DNA of 64,000 nt. Source: an uncultured Rikenellaceae bacterium (GTDB lineage: Bacteria > Bacteroidota > Bacteroidia > Bacteroidales > Rikenellaceae). The stretch is taken from contig CAMQVY010000008.1 in assembly GCA_947038405.1 (NCBI GenBank), positions 9,247 to 73,246 on the forward strand, given 5' to 3'. Each line of letters starts with the position of its first letter. Positions within the stretch are counted from its first letter, which is position 1. The translations under genes were made by a program, and so were the position numbers. Positions 49,563 to 58,494 of this stretch are shown one piece after another. The notes under the pieces were generated by a model that was given only the letters and a program-made list of their open reading frames with translations, ran no database searches and was not told where the DNA came from.

Positions 49563-50330
49563 ATGAACGTTTACTACGACTTCGACTCTCTACGAAAAAT
49601 TACAAACCCAGTTATCACGATGGGTTCGTATGATGGCGTGCATGCAGGTCATAAAGAGATTATTAGGCAGATAAACACAATAGCAAAAGAGATAGGTGGT
49701 GAGAGCGTAATAATCACATTCTCGCCCCACCCCAGAGAGATCCTATTTGGTACTCCACAAAAAATAATCAACACTCTTGATGAAAAGATAAATCTTCTGG
49801 AACAACAAGGTGTAGACGTTTTGATCATTATTCCATTTACACTAGAGTTCGGAGATATTGAGCCATATGACTTTGTCAAAGAGTACTTATTTGACAAAAT
49901 AGGAGTTAGTAAATTAGTTATTGGTTTCAATCATCACTTTGGCAAAAAAAATAAAGGTGACATACATCTCCTCAGGTCTCTCCAAGATGAATTCAACTTT
50001 GAGGTGATACAAATTCCACAACATAGTGTCGGCTCACAGAGTGTGAGCTCTACAATTGTACGCAACGCACTCTCAAATGGACACATATCTGACGTAAATA
50101 AATACATTGGGTATCAATATTTTATTAATGGAACTATATCTTCTGACGGAGCAATTTATATAGATAACAAAAATAAAATACTCCCTCCCACTGGAGCGTA
50201 TAATGTAATCTTAAATTACATGAATACACCAACAAAAACAACACTACACATTGCAGATAATGGCGATTTAAAAGTGGATAATATCGACTGTAAATATATC
50301 ACAAGTAGCGTAATTATAAATTTTATTTAA
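49563..50330 (+). CDS. FAD synthetase (FMN adenylyltransferase) domain protein with short, degenerate riboflavin-kinase-like tail
   Basis: 255-aa ORF. It has an N-terminal nucleotidyltransferase (TMGSYDGVHAGHKEII, ITFSPHPRE, SSTIVRNAL). Only about 75 aa follow, and these lack the GFPTAN-type kinase motif. Confidence 0.7.
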   Translation: MNVYYDFDSLRKITNPVITMGSYDGVHAGHKEIIRQINTIAKEIGGESVIITFSPHPREILFGTPQKIINTLDEKINLLEQQGVDVLIIIPFTLEFGDIEPYDFVKEYLFDKIGVSKLVIGFNHHFGKKNKGDIHLLRSLQDEFNFEVIQIPQHSVGSQSVSSTIVRNALSNGHISDVNKYIGYQYFINGTISSDGAIYIDNKNKILPPTGAYNVILNYMNTPTKTTLHIADNGDLKVDNIDCKYITSSVIINFI

Positions 50331-50371
50331 AAAAACAGCCTTAAAGTTGCCTTTTTTTGATATAAAAACCC

Positions 50372-50379
50372 TACCTTTG
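50372..50379 (+). promoter_or_regulatory. candidate -7 box TACCTTTG for guaB
   Basis: Matches TAnnTTTG, 27 nt upstream of the guaB ATG. Confidence 0.5.
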
Positions 50380-50405
50380 TACAAATATAATTTAATCAAA
50401 ATACT

Positions 50406-51875
50406 ATGTCTTTTATTAATGATAAGATTGTTTCAGAGGGACTTACGTTCGACGATGTACTTCTGATTCCAGCATACTCGGATGTTTTACCGCGTAGTGT
50501 AGATGTTTCATCTCGTTTCACTCGTAACATTACTCTTAATATACCTATCGTATCTGCTGCTATGGATACTGTAACTGAAGCAGATTTATCTATCGCATTA
50601 GCTCGTGAAGGTGGTATTGGTGTTATTCACAAGAATATGTCAATCGAAAAACAAGCATCTGAAGTACGCAAAGTTAAACGTGCGGAAAATGGAATGATTT
50701 ATGATCCAATTACAATCTGCAAAGAGAATACTGTTGGTGATGCTCTAACATTGATGAAAGAGCACAAGATTGGTGGTATTCCTGTTATCTCAAAAGAGAA
50801 CATCCTTGTAGGTATCGTAACAAATAGAGATCTTCGTTTCCAAAGAGATATGTCTAAGAAAATTGAGGAGATAATGACTAAAGAGGGGTTGATTACAACT
50901 TACAATCCTGACTTACAACACGCTGCTGATATTCTTCTTCAAAACAAAATAGAAAAACTTCCTGTAATTAATGAAACAGGTGAATTAGTAGGTCTATTGA
51001 CATATAAAGATATAACAAAAGTAAAAGATAACCCTAATGCTTGTAAAGACTCTAAAGGTCGTTTGAGAGTAGCGGCTGGTATCGGAGTAACTGGAGACAC
51101 AATGGAACGTGTAAAGGCTCTATATGAGGCGCACGTTGATGCTGTTGTTATTGATACTGCACACGGTCACCATCAAGGTGTTATCTCTGTATTGAAAGCA
51201 GTAAAAGCTACATATCCGGATCTAGATGTTGTGGTTGGAAATATTGCAACTGCTGAAGCTGCAAAGTATCTAATTGAGGCTGGTGCTGATGGTATCAAAA
51301 TTGGTATCGGACCTGGTTCTATATGTACAACACGTATTATCGCAGGTGTTGGAGTTCCTCAACTTAACGCTATATATGAAGCAGCTCAAGCGGCTAAAGG
51401 TAGCGGAGTTCCTGTGATTGCTGATGGTGGACTAAGATATTCTGGAGATATTGTTAAAGCTCTTGCTGCGGGTGCAGACTCGATTATGGCTGGATCAATG
51501 TTTGCAGGAGTTGAAGAGTCTCCAGGTGAAGCTATAATATACAATGGTCGTAAATTCAAATCATACAGAGGTATGGGATCTGTAGAAGCTATGCAAAATG
51601 GCTCTAAAGATAGATACTTCCAAGGTATTGAAGATGATATTAAGAAACTTGTTCCTGAAGGTATCGCAGCTAGAGTCCCTTACAAAGGGCTACTTAAAGA
51701 GGTTGTATATCAAATTATCGGCGGTCTAAGAGCTGGTATGGGATATTGTGGTGCTAAAGATATTGAGACACTTAAAAGTGCTAGATTTATTAGAATTACA
51801 AACTCTGGAATGAATGAGAGCCATCCACACGATGTAGATATTACTCGTGAAGCTCCTAACTACAGCAGAGGATAG
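50406..51875 (+). CDS. guaB: IMP dehydrogenase
   Basis: 489-aa ORF with tandem CBS domains inserted in a TIM barrel and the catalytic loop [11 protein letters not shown]. Confidence 0.97.
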   Translation: MSFINDKIVSEGLTFDDVLLIPAYSDVLPRSVDVSSRFTRNITLNIPIVSAAMDTVTEADLSIALAREGGIGVIHKNMSIEKQASEVRKVKRAENGMIYDPITICKENTVGDALTLMKEHKIGGIPVISKENILVGIVTNRDLRFQRDMSKKIEEIMTKEGLITTYNPDLQHAADILLQNKIEKLPVINETGELVGLLTYKDITKVKDNPNACKDSKGRLRVAAGIGVTGDTMERVKALYEAHVDAVVIDTAHGHHQGVISVLKAVKATYPDLDVVVGNIATAEAAKYLIEAGADGIKIGIGPGSICTTRIIAGVGVPQLNAIYEAAQAAKGSGVPVIADGGLRYSGDIVKALAAGADSIMAGSMFAGVEESPGEAIIYNGRKFKSYRGMGSVEAMQNGSKDRYFQGIEDDIKKLVPEGIAARVPYKGLLKEVVYQIIGGLRAGMGYCGAKDIETLKSARFIRITNSGMNESHPHDVDITREAPNYSRG

Positions 51876-51896
51876 TAATCTACACACTTCAAGTCA

Positions 51897-51957
51897 AACA
51901 AAAACAGAAAACTAAGTTTTCAACAAATTCTGTTGAAAACTTAGTTTTCTGTTTTTA
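51897..51957 (+). terminator. guaB terminator (25-bp perfect stem; nested-palindrome family 2)
   Basis: aaaacagaaaactaagttttcaaca (51901-51925) pairs perfectly with tgttgaaaacttagttttctgtttt (51931-51955). The loop is aattc. Confidence 0.85.
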
Positions 51958-51983
51958 ATTTATCATTTAATAATTTTAAGATT

Positions 51984-52394
51984 ATGCTTACAAGAGTTAT
52001 TGATTTAAGAGTTCGCTACTACGAGACAGATATGATGGGTGTTGTTCACCACTCAAACTATATACGTTTCTACGAGATGGCTAGAACTGAGATGATGAGG
52101 GGAATTAGTGGGACATACAAAGCATTAGAAGACGAAGGTATTATGATGCCAGTGATAGAGGTCTCTTCTAAGTATCATGCACCTGCATATTATGATGATG
52201 TGTTGAGTATAAAAACTACGCTGACTAAAATACCTACTGTTCGAATGATATTCGAATACGAGATAACAAATCAGAACGGGGAGTTATTAAATACGGGAAC
52301 AGTTCAACTTGCATATATGCACACCGATACCCGCAAGGCGTGTAGAGCTCCGAAGTGGTTTATTGATTTAATTACTAGTAAGTGGGAGGAGTAA
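51984..52394 (+). CDS. acyl-CoA thioesterase (YbgC/4HBT hotdog family)
   Basis: 136-aa ORF with VRYYETDMMGVVHHSNYIRFYE, the typical 4HBT N-terminal catalytic region. Confidence 0.85.
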   Translation: MLTRVIDLRVRYYETDMMGVVHHSNYIRFYEMARTEMMRGISGTYKALEDEGIMMPVIEVSSKYHAPAYYDDVLSIKTTLTKIPTVRMIFEYEITNQNGELLNTGTVQLAYMHTDTRKACRAPKWFIDLITSKWEE

Positions 52395-52431
52395 ACCACT
52401 CTTAACACTCAAAAATATAAACAGTTCAAAT

Positions 52432-52497
52432 AACTTATAATCGCCATATAAACTCTCAATTCTGAGATTTTATATGGCGATTATAAGTTTATTTTAA
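52432..52497 (+). terminator. terminator of the thioesterase gene (21-bp stem with nested apical hairpin)
   Basis: aacttataatcgccatataaa (52432-52452) pairs with tttatatggcgattataagtt (52469-52489). The loop contains tctca attc tgaga. It is followed by tatttta. Confidence 0.8.
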
Positions 52498-52563
52498 ATT
52501 GACTGTAACGTTTGGTATATCTAAAACGTCTTAGTTATAAGACTAACTAAAAATCAATCAACT

Positions 52564-53121
52564 ATGAGGGCATTAACTATGATTAAATTTGTACTACTCC
52601 TCGCAGGAGTAATTACAATGAACCCAATCACAACAGCAGCTCCTTCTTCTCTTAGAAAAAGCAAATCTGCTAGGGTTACACTAAATACTTTCGGTTCAAA
52701 GGAAATGGAAAAAAAACTAGAAGGAGTAGGATATGATTGGACAAAACTAAGTACTGAAGATCAAAAAATATTTAAAGAGTCACTTTCCCATCTAGACAAT
52801 AAATTAAAACAAGCCAATAAAGTATTTAAACTATCAATAAAAATATTTAGAAAAGGAGGGCTAAAACTACAATGGTTCAACAAAAAAGTGTTTAGCAACA
52901 AATTCATACGAGATGCACGTAAAGTTGCAAAAAAACCAGAAACACTGACTCCAAAAAAGGCTGAAAAATACCAATCAGAAATACTTGAAATAATATATAA
53001 TCGATATAGATTACTATTTAAAGAGATTGGGACAGAGTTTCCAAAATTCAACCCAGATTCTGACATTGATTTTAACTTTAACTTTAATACAAATATTACT
53101 AAAGAGAGTACTATTGTATAG
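52564..53121 (+). CDS. hypothetical secreted Lys-rich protein
   Basis: 185-aa ORF with an N-terminal hydrophobic signal-like segment (alternative start at 52579), K-rich helical sequence and a C-terminal DIDFNFNFNTN tract. I recognise no family. Confidence 0.45.
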   Translation: MRALTMIKFVLLLAGVITMNPITTAAPSSLRKSKSARVTLNTFGSKEMEKKLEGVGYDWTKLSTEDQKIFKESLSHLDNKLKQANKVFKLSIKIFRKGGLKLQWFNKKVFSNKFIRDARKVAKKPETLTPKKAEKYQSEILEIIYNRYRLLFKEIGTEFPKFNPDSDIDFNFNFNTNITKESTIV

Positions 53122-53130
53122 TTTTGATTG

Positions 53131-53172
53131 AACTGCCCTATGTGGGCGGCACTGCGTGATCGCAGTGAACAA
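53131..53172 (+). repeat. repeat family 1 core copy
   Basis: aactgccctatgtgggcggcactgcgtgatcgcagtgaacaa, starting 10 nt after the stop of the 52564 gene. Both hairpin modules are intact (cactgcg tgat cgcagtg is a perfect 7-bp stem). Confidence 0.8.
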
Positions 53173-53212
53173 TGTGATTATATTACATACTATATGACGA
53201 ATTGACAACACG

Positions 53213-53260
53213 ATAGGTGATATTTTGGCTGATAACTTGCCAAAATGTCACCTATTTTAC
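53213..53260 (+). terminator. terminator-like hairpin downstream of the 52564 gene
   Basis: ataggtgatattttggc / gccaaaatgtcacctat form 17 bp with one G-U pair, followed by ttta. Confidence 0.6.
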
Positions 53261-53345
53261 GTTGGCACATAAATTGTTAATTAATAGCTCACTGCAAGCA
53301 CGCAGGACAGTCAAAGAAAACTAATTAAATAAAAAAATAAAAGAG

Positions 53346-55409
53346 ATGCAAAACGGTAAAATTGGTGTTACAACGGAAAATATCTTTCCAATTATTAAAA
53401 AATTCTTATACTCAGATCACGAAATTTTCTTGAGAGAGTTGGTTTCAAACGCTGTCGATGCAACGCAGAAGTTAAAAACATACTCTTCAATCGGAGAGTT
53501 CAAAGGAGAGCTAGGAGATATATCTGTTGAAGTATCTTTAGACAAAGAGAAAAAAATACTAACAATCTCGGATCATGGTATTGGTATGACTGCTGATGAG
53601 GTTGAAAAATATATCAATCAAATTGCATTTTCAGGAGCTGAAGAGTTCATGGAGAAGTACCAAAACCAATCTATCATTGGACACTTTGGACTTGGATTCT
53701 ACTCATCATTCATGGTATCTGACAAAGTTGAACTTCGTACAAAATCATTTAGAGATGGTGCGAAAACTATGCTATGGAGCTGTGATGGTACACCTGAGTA
53801 CACATTAGTTGAGTGCGAAGAGCAGAGAGAGACTAGAGGTACCGATATTATTCTATACTTGAGCGAAGAGTCTGCGGAGTTTGCTGATGAGACTAGAATT
53901 GGTGAGATGTTAAAAAAATATTGTCGTTTCCTTCCTGTTCCAATCAAGTTCGGAAAACAAACTGAATGGAAAGATGGAAAAGATGTAGAGACTGGGGAAG
54001 ATAATGTTATCAATAGCGTTGCGCCACTTTGGACACGCACTCCATCAACAGTAAAAGAGGGTGAATATAATGATTTCTACACAACTCTATATCCTATGAG
54101 CGAAGAGTCTCTATTCCATATCCACTTGAATATAGACTATCCATTTAACCTTACAGGTATTTTGTACTTCCCTAAAATCAATAACAACTTCGAGGTTCAG
54201 AAGAATAAGATTCAACTATATTCAAACCAAGTATATGTTACTGATTCTGTTGAAGGTATTGTTCCTGAGTTCTTGACTCTACTACATGGTGTGATTGACT
54301 CTCCAGATATTCCATTGAACGTTTCGAGAAGTTACCTACAAAGCGATAGTAATGTAAAGAAAATATCTGGATATATAACTCGTAAGGTTGCAGATAGACT
54401 TCAGGAGTTATTCAACTCGATGAGAGGTGAGTATGAGAGCAAGTGGGATGATTTGAAAGTATTTATACAATATGGTACAGTTACAGATGAGAAGTTTGCT
54501 GAAAAAGCAAACAACTTTATGCTATTAAAAAATACTGAAGGTAAATATTTCACTCTTGAGGAGTACAACACTCTAGTAAAAGAGAACCAAACAGACAACA
54601 AAAATTCTCTTATCTATCTATACACTACTGATGTAGATGGACAGTACCGCTTCATTGAAGCTGCAAAGAGAAAGGGATATGATGTTCTAGTTATGAATGG
54701 TCAACTAGACAACCACTATATCAATTGGTTTGAGAGTAAAAATCAAGATATACACTTTGTCAGAGTTGACTCAGATGTAATTGACAAATTGATTCAAAAA
54801 GATAGCAACAACTCTATCTCATTGAGTAGTTCTCAACAAGATGTACTATCTCCAGTTTTTGAGGCTCAACTTGCAAGCGATAGTAAATCTCAGTATAATA
54901 TCAAATTCGAGGCTATGGATAGTACAGATGCACCAGTTGTGATTACACAGCAGGAGAATATGCGTCGTATGAAAGAGATGGCTGCTATGGGTAATGGTGG
55001 AATGTATCAGTTCTACGGACAGATGCCAGATAGTTTCAATGTATCTGTTAACGGAAACCACCCATTAGTTATTGAGATCTTTGGTGATGTTGAGAAGGCT
55101 TATGGTGAAGGATTGAAGAGCGACAATAGCAATATTGAGGCTGCAATCAAAAAACAAAGCTCTCTTAATGAGGTTCTAGCAGGCAAAAAAGAGGAGGAAA
55201 TAACTACTGAGGAGAAGGATATGCGCACTGAGTTAGAGGAGAACGTAGCGAAACTTAAAGGAGAGAAAACTTCTAAACTTAAAGAGCTTGGTTCTGAGAA
55301 TAAATTGGTTAAGCAGATTGTTGATTTGGCTCTGCTATCTAACGGAATGCTTAAAGGAGAACAGCTTGATAGCTTCATACGAAGAAGTGTTGAGCTTATA
55401 AAAAAATAA
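53346..55409 (+). CDS. htpG: molecular chaperone HtpG (Hsp90)
   Basis: 687-aa ORF with the GHKL ATPase N-terminus (FLRELVSNAVDA, GIGMT, GHFGLGFYS). Confidence 0.96.
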   Translation: MQNGKIGVTTENIFPIIKKFLYSDHEIFLRELVSNAVDATQKLKTYSSIGEFKGELGDISVEVSLDKEKKILTISDHGIGMTADEVEKYINQIAFSGAEEFMEKYQNQSIIGHFGLGFYSSFMVSDKVELRTKSFRDGAKTMLWSCDGTPEYTLVECEEQRETRGTDIILYLSEESAEFADETRIGEMLKKYCRFLPVPIKFGKQTEWKDGKDVETGEDNVINSVAPLWTRTPSTVKEGEYNDFYTTLYPMSEESLFHIHLNIDYPFNLTGILYFPKINNNFEVQKNKIQLYSNQVYVTDSVEGIVPEFLTLLHGVIDSPDIPLNVSRSYLQSDSNVKKISGYITRKVADRLQELFNSMRGEYESKWDDLKVFIQYGTVTDEKFAEKANNFMLLKNTEGKYFTLEEYNTLVKENQTDNKNSLIYLYTTDVDGQYRFIEAAKRKGYDVLVMNGQLDNHYINWFESKNQDIHFVRVDSDVIDKLIQKDSNNSISLSSSQQDVLSPVFEAQLASDSKSQYNIKFEAMDSTDAPVVITQQENMRRMKEMAAMGNGGMYQFYGQMPDSFNVSVNGNHPLVIEIFGDVEKAYGEGLKSDNSNIEAAIKKQSSLNEVLAGKKEEEITTEEKDMRTELEENVAKLKGEKTSKLKELGSENKLVKQIVDLALLSNGMLKGEQLDSFIRRSVELIKK

Positions 55410-55428
55410 TTTTTTTATAGTTTTATAT

Positions 55429-55475
55429 AACTGCCCACCTCAGACACTGTTGTTCGAGGTGGGCAGTTTTTTTTG
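55429..55475 (+). terminator. htpG terminator
   Basis: aactgcccacctc (55429-55441) / gaggtgggcagtt (55456-55468) followed by TTTTTTTT. Confidence 0.85.
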
Positions 55476-55496
55476 TAATATCTCAAAACAATTGTC

Positions 55497-55504
55497 TATA
55501 TTTG
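55497..55504 (+). promoter_or_regulatory. candidate -7 box TATATTTG for the creatininase-family gene
   Basis: Matches TAnnTTTG, 24 nt upstream of the ATG at 55528. Confidence 0.5.
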
Positions 55505-55527
55505 CAAAACAGTAAATTCATTTTTTT

Positions 55528-56295
55528 ATGATTGAGAACAGATTTATAGACTTAGCGAATATCTCTTACGGAGATGTAAAAGATAATAGATACGATATGG
55601 CTATTTTACCATGGGGAGCAACAGAACCACATAACTACCATCTGCCATATCTAACTGATTCAATTCTTTCGCATGACATCGCTGTTGAAGCTTCAATTAA
55701 GGCAAACAAAGCAGAAGGTATAAATGCAATGGTACTTCCTGCAATCAATTGTGGGTCTCAAAACCCTGGACAGCATAACTTGCCATTCTGCATACATTAT
55801 AGGTATGAGACACAAAAAGCAATCCTAAATGATACAGTAGCAGCACTAAACAGACAGGGAATTACCAAACTTCTAATTATAAATGGACATGGTGGGAATA
55901 CATTCAAAAATATGATTCGAGACCTCTATTTAGAGTATCCAAACTTTTTGATTGCGACAACAGAGTGGTTTAACATAGTGCCTGTTGAGTGTTACTTTGA
56001 CGAAGATGATGATCATGCAGGTGAAATAGAGACCTCTGTAATGATGCACTACCACCCTGAATATGTAACCATATCTAATGCAGGAAGTGGAGAGTATACT
56101 CCTTTCTCGATGCAAAGTTTGAATAGTAAGATTGCATGGGTACCAAGACATTGGGATAAAGCGACAAAAGATACTGGAATAGGGAATCCAAAATATTCTA
56201 CAGCAGAAAAAGGTAAAAGATATACACACGCTGTTAGTGATAAATTATCCGAACTAATCATAGATTTATCTAAAAATAATCTATATGAAAAATAA
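55528..56295 (+). CDS. creatininase family amidohydrolase
   Basis: 255-aa ORF. AILPWGATEPHNYHLPYLTD and INGHGGN motifs are typical of creatinine amidohydrolase-family proteins. Confidence 0.8.
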   Translation: MIENRFIDLANISYGDVKDNRYDMAILPWGATEPHNYHLPYLTDSILSHDIAVEASIKANKAEGINAMVLPAINCGSQNPGQHNLPFCIHYRYETQKAILNDTVAALNRQGITKLLIINGHGGNTFKNMIRDLYLEYPNFLIATTEWFNIVPVECYFDEDDDHAGEIETSVMMHYHPEYVTISNAGSGEYTPFSMQSLNSKIAWVPRHWDKATKDTGIGNPKYSTAEKGKRYTHAVSDKLSELIIDLSKNNLYEK

Positions 56296-56689
56296 AAATT
56301 TCTTAACTTCATCTGTTTTATGGGGTTATATCGGTGTTGTACTATTTTTGATTTTATACGATTTTTCAGATCATAGTATGACTAAAGTTCCAACTACAAT
56401 TCTAGGAATACCATTAGATAAAATTGTTCATTTTATGATGTTTTTTTCATTTCCTGTTATTATAGATATTTATCGTAAGTCCCACCCTAAAATTAAATGG
56501 CTACAACGTAGTATCGTAATATTAATACTTGGCACTGCATTCGCGATAACAACCGAATTACTACAATTATTACTAACATCTTATCGAAGTTTTGATATTT
56601 CAGATATTATTGCTGATATTTGTGGCGTAATAATAGGAATAGTTGTTATTAAGATTAAACTGCGATACACACGCGACACTGCATTATAG
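56285..56689 (+). CDS. VanZ family membrane protein
   Basis: 134-aa four-TM ORF with a DKIVHFMMF... and ...D.IAD..G pattern typical of VanZ-like proteins. It overlaps the upstream gene by 11 nt. Confidence 0.65.
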   Translation: MKNKNFLTSSVLWGYIGVVLFLILYDFSDHSMTKVPTTILGIPLDKIVHFMMFFSFPVIIDIYRKSHPKIKWLQRSIVILILGTAFAITTELLQLLLTSYRSFDISDIIADICGVIIGIVVIKIKLRYTRDTAL

Positions 56690-56699
56690 CAGTGAACAT
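56673..56699 (+). repeat. repeat family 1, 3'-half-like hairpin straddling the VanZ stop codon
   Basis: gcgacactgcattatagcagtgaacat resembles gcggcactgcgtgatcgcagtgaacaat of the 53131 copy. It contains the hairpin cactgc attata gcagtg. Confidence 0.45.
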
Positions 56700-56753
56700 T
56701 TAAATTATTAGTTGTCTGTAACCACGCAGTGCAATTACATCAAATTAAGAAAT

Positions 56754-57986
56754 ATGAAAATTGCTATAATTGGCGCAGGTGCTGCGGGATTTTTCACAGC
56801 CATCAATCTAAAGGAACTAACTTTAAATGCAGATATAACTATCTATGAAAGCTCATCGAGAGTACTATCTAAAGTATCTGTATCTGGTGGTGGAAGGTGT
56901 AACTTGACCAACTCATTTGAGGAGATAAAGAGTCTATCAACAGTATATCCACGTGGTGAAAAGTTAATGAAAGGTATATTTAAAACATTTAACCACAACG
57001 ACACAATCAATTGGTTTGAAGATAACGGCGTAAAATTAGTTACCCAAAATGACTGCTGTGTATTTCCTGAGTCGCAAGATTCTCAAGAGATAATAGATAC
57101 TTTCTTAGACCTATCGGATGAATTAGGTATCAAAATTAAAACTTCATCTCAAATTCGCTCTATCGAAAGAGATGGTGAGGGATTTAGATTACTACTAGAT
57201 AACACAGAACTCCCTAGCGACATATATGATGCTGTTGTTATAACAACAGGTGGCAGCCCTAAACGCGAAGGCTTTAATATGTTAAGCTCTCTTCCACTAG
57301 ATATAATCGACCCAGTACCTTCATTATTCAGCTTCAATGTCACAAACGATCCTATTACAGATCTTATGGGTACAGTAGTTGAGAATGTCTCTGTAAAATT
57401 ACAAGGATTTAAACCAAAAGCTACGGGAGCACTACTAATAACACATTGGGGGGTAAGTGGTCCTGCGATATTAAAACTTTCATCGTATGCTGCACGTATT
57501 TTAAAAAATAGTGATTACACTGCAAAGTTATCTATAAATTGGATCGCTGAATATATAGAAAAGAGAGTCCATTCTGAATTAGCATATATAATTGAACATA
57601 ATAGTCAAAAACTGCTATCATCCATTAGACCTTACAATCTGCCATCTCGACTATGGCTTGCACTTCTTAAACGCGCAAATGTCTCTGAAGAGAGACGCTG
57701 GGCTGAACTCGGAAGTAAAGGTATAAACCGCATTGTAAATGTACTTACCAACGACGAGTATGATATTCGTGGCAAAAGTAGATTCAAAGATGAATTTGTG
57801 ACCTGCGGAGGAGTATCGCTAGAGAGTATTAACCCTGTAACGATGGAGAGTAAAGAGTGCCCGAACCTATATCTAGCAGGAGAAGTACTAGATATTGATG
57901 CGATTACAGGTGGATTTAATCTACAAGCGGCATGGAGTACTGGATATATTGTTGCACAATCCATTGCAGATAAAATAGAGAATTAA
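56754..57986 (+). CDS. NAD(P)/FAD-dependent oxidoreductase (HI0933 / BaiN-like flavoprotein family)
   Basis: An ATG at 56754 gives the MKIAIIGAGAAGFF dinucleotide-binding N-terminus. SGGGRCNLTN and C-terminal GGFNLQAAWSTG motifs match this family. Confidence 0.85.
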   Translation: MKIAIIGAGAAGFFTAINLKELTLNADITIYESSSRVLSKVSVSGGGRCNLTNSFEEIKSLSTVYPRGEKLMKGIFKTFNHNDTINWFEDNGVKLVTQNDCCVFPESQDSQEIIDTFLDLSDELGIKIKTSSQIRSIERDGEGFRLLLDNTELPSDIYDAVVITTGGSPKREGFNMLSSLPLDIIDPVPSLFSFNVTNDPITDLMGTVVENVSVKLQGFKPKATGALLITHWGVSGPAILKLSSYAARILKNSDYTAKLSINWIAEYIEKRVHSELAYIIEHNSQKLLSSIRPYNLPSRLWLALLKRANVSEERRWAELGSKGINRIVNVLTNDEYDIRGKSRFKDEFVTCGGVSLESINPVTMESKECPNLYLAGEVLDIDAITGGFNLQAAWSTGYIVAQSIADKIEN

Positions 57987-58002
57987 TTTTTTAGGTTGAT
58001 GA

Positions 58003-58043
58003 AACTGCCCTACTCGGGCAGTGCTTTGCGATCATAGCAAACA
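58003..58043 (+). repeat. repeat family 1 copy (diverged 3' half)
   Basis: aactgccctactcgggcagtgctttgcgatcatagcaaaca. Hairpin 1 is perfect (ctgccc tactc gggcag). The copy fills the convergent gap between the oxidoreductase and the 58044 lipoprotein gene. Confidence 0.6.
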
Positions 58044-58475
58044 TTAGAGAATATCTAGTACGAAGCCTATGTGAGTTTTTTCATCCCACAACCAAATTTT
58101 ATTATCCCTCTGCTGTATCATAACCATAGTATATACGGCAGGCTTTAAGACATCTATCCCAACACTTTTAAGTTTTACATTTACAGTTGTAAATAGTCTT
58201 GGAGTTGTTGTCGTAGATAATGAATAAAACTCTGTCTGCTCCATATTTGTTACCATATACATCCTCTTATCTGTTGTATATACAACCTGATGACGACTCT
58301 CGTCAAACTCATATATAATTGCACCCTCCTTATGAACTGAAGCGTTATTTGTGAGTTTAAAAGTAGTTAATTCGTCGTCAAAAAGTATAGTTGGTGCCTT
58401 TTCACACGAAGTTATTACTGTCGATATTATAAATATTAACATAAATAACGTAACTAATTTAGGTATCCTTTTCAT
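58044..58475 (-). CDS. hypothetical small lipoprotein
   Basis: 143-aa ORF with lipoprotein signal MKRIPKLVTLFMLIFIISTVITSC. It lies 19 nt downstream of the M6 protease gene. I recognise no family. Confidence 0.5.
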   Translation of the reverse strand: MKRIPKLVTLFMLIFIISTVITSCEKAPTILFDDELTTFKLTNNASVHKEGAIIYEFDESRHQVVYTTDKRMYMVTNMEQTEFYSLSTTTTPRLFTTVNVKLKSVGIDVLKPAVYTMVMIQQRDNKIWLWDEKTHIGFVLDIL

Positions 58476-58494
58476 AACCTTTATTTTCTTTAAA

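Noticed and set aside
53273-53287. Sigma-54-like -24/-12 element TGGCAC-N5-TTGT upstream of htpG.
   Set aside because: The -24 half is perfect, but the -12 half lacks the conserved GC (TTGT instead of TTGC). No enhancer-binding-protein gene is nearby and there is only a single occurrence. Chance is plausible, so this is not reported as a feature.
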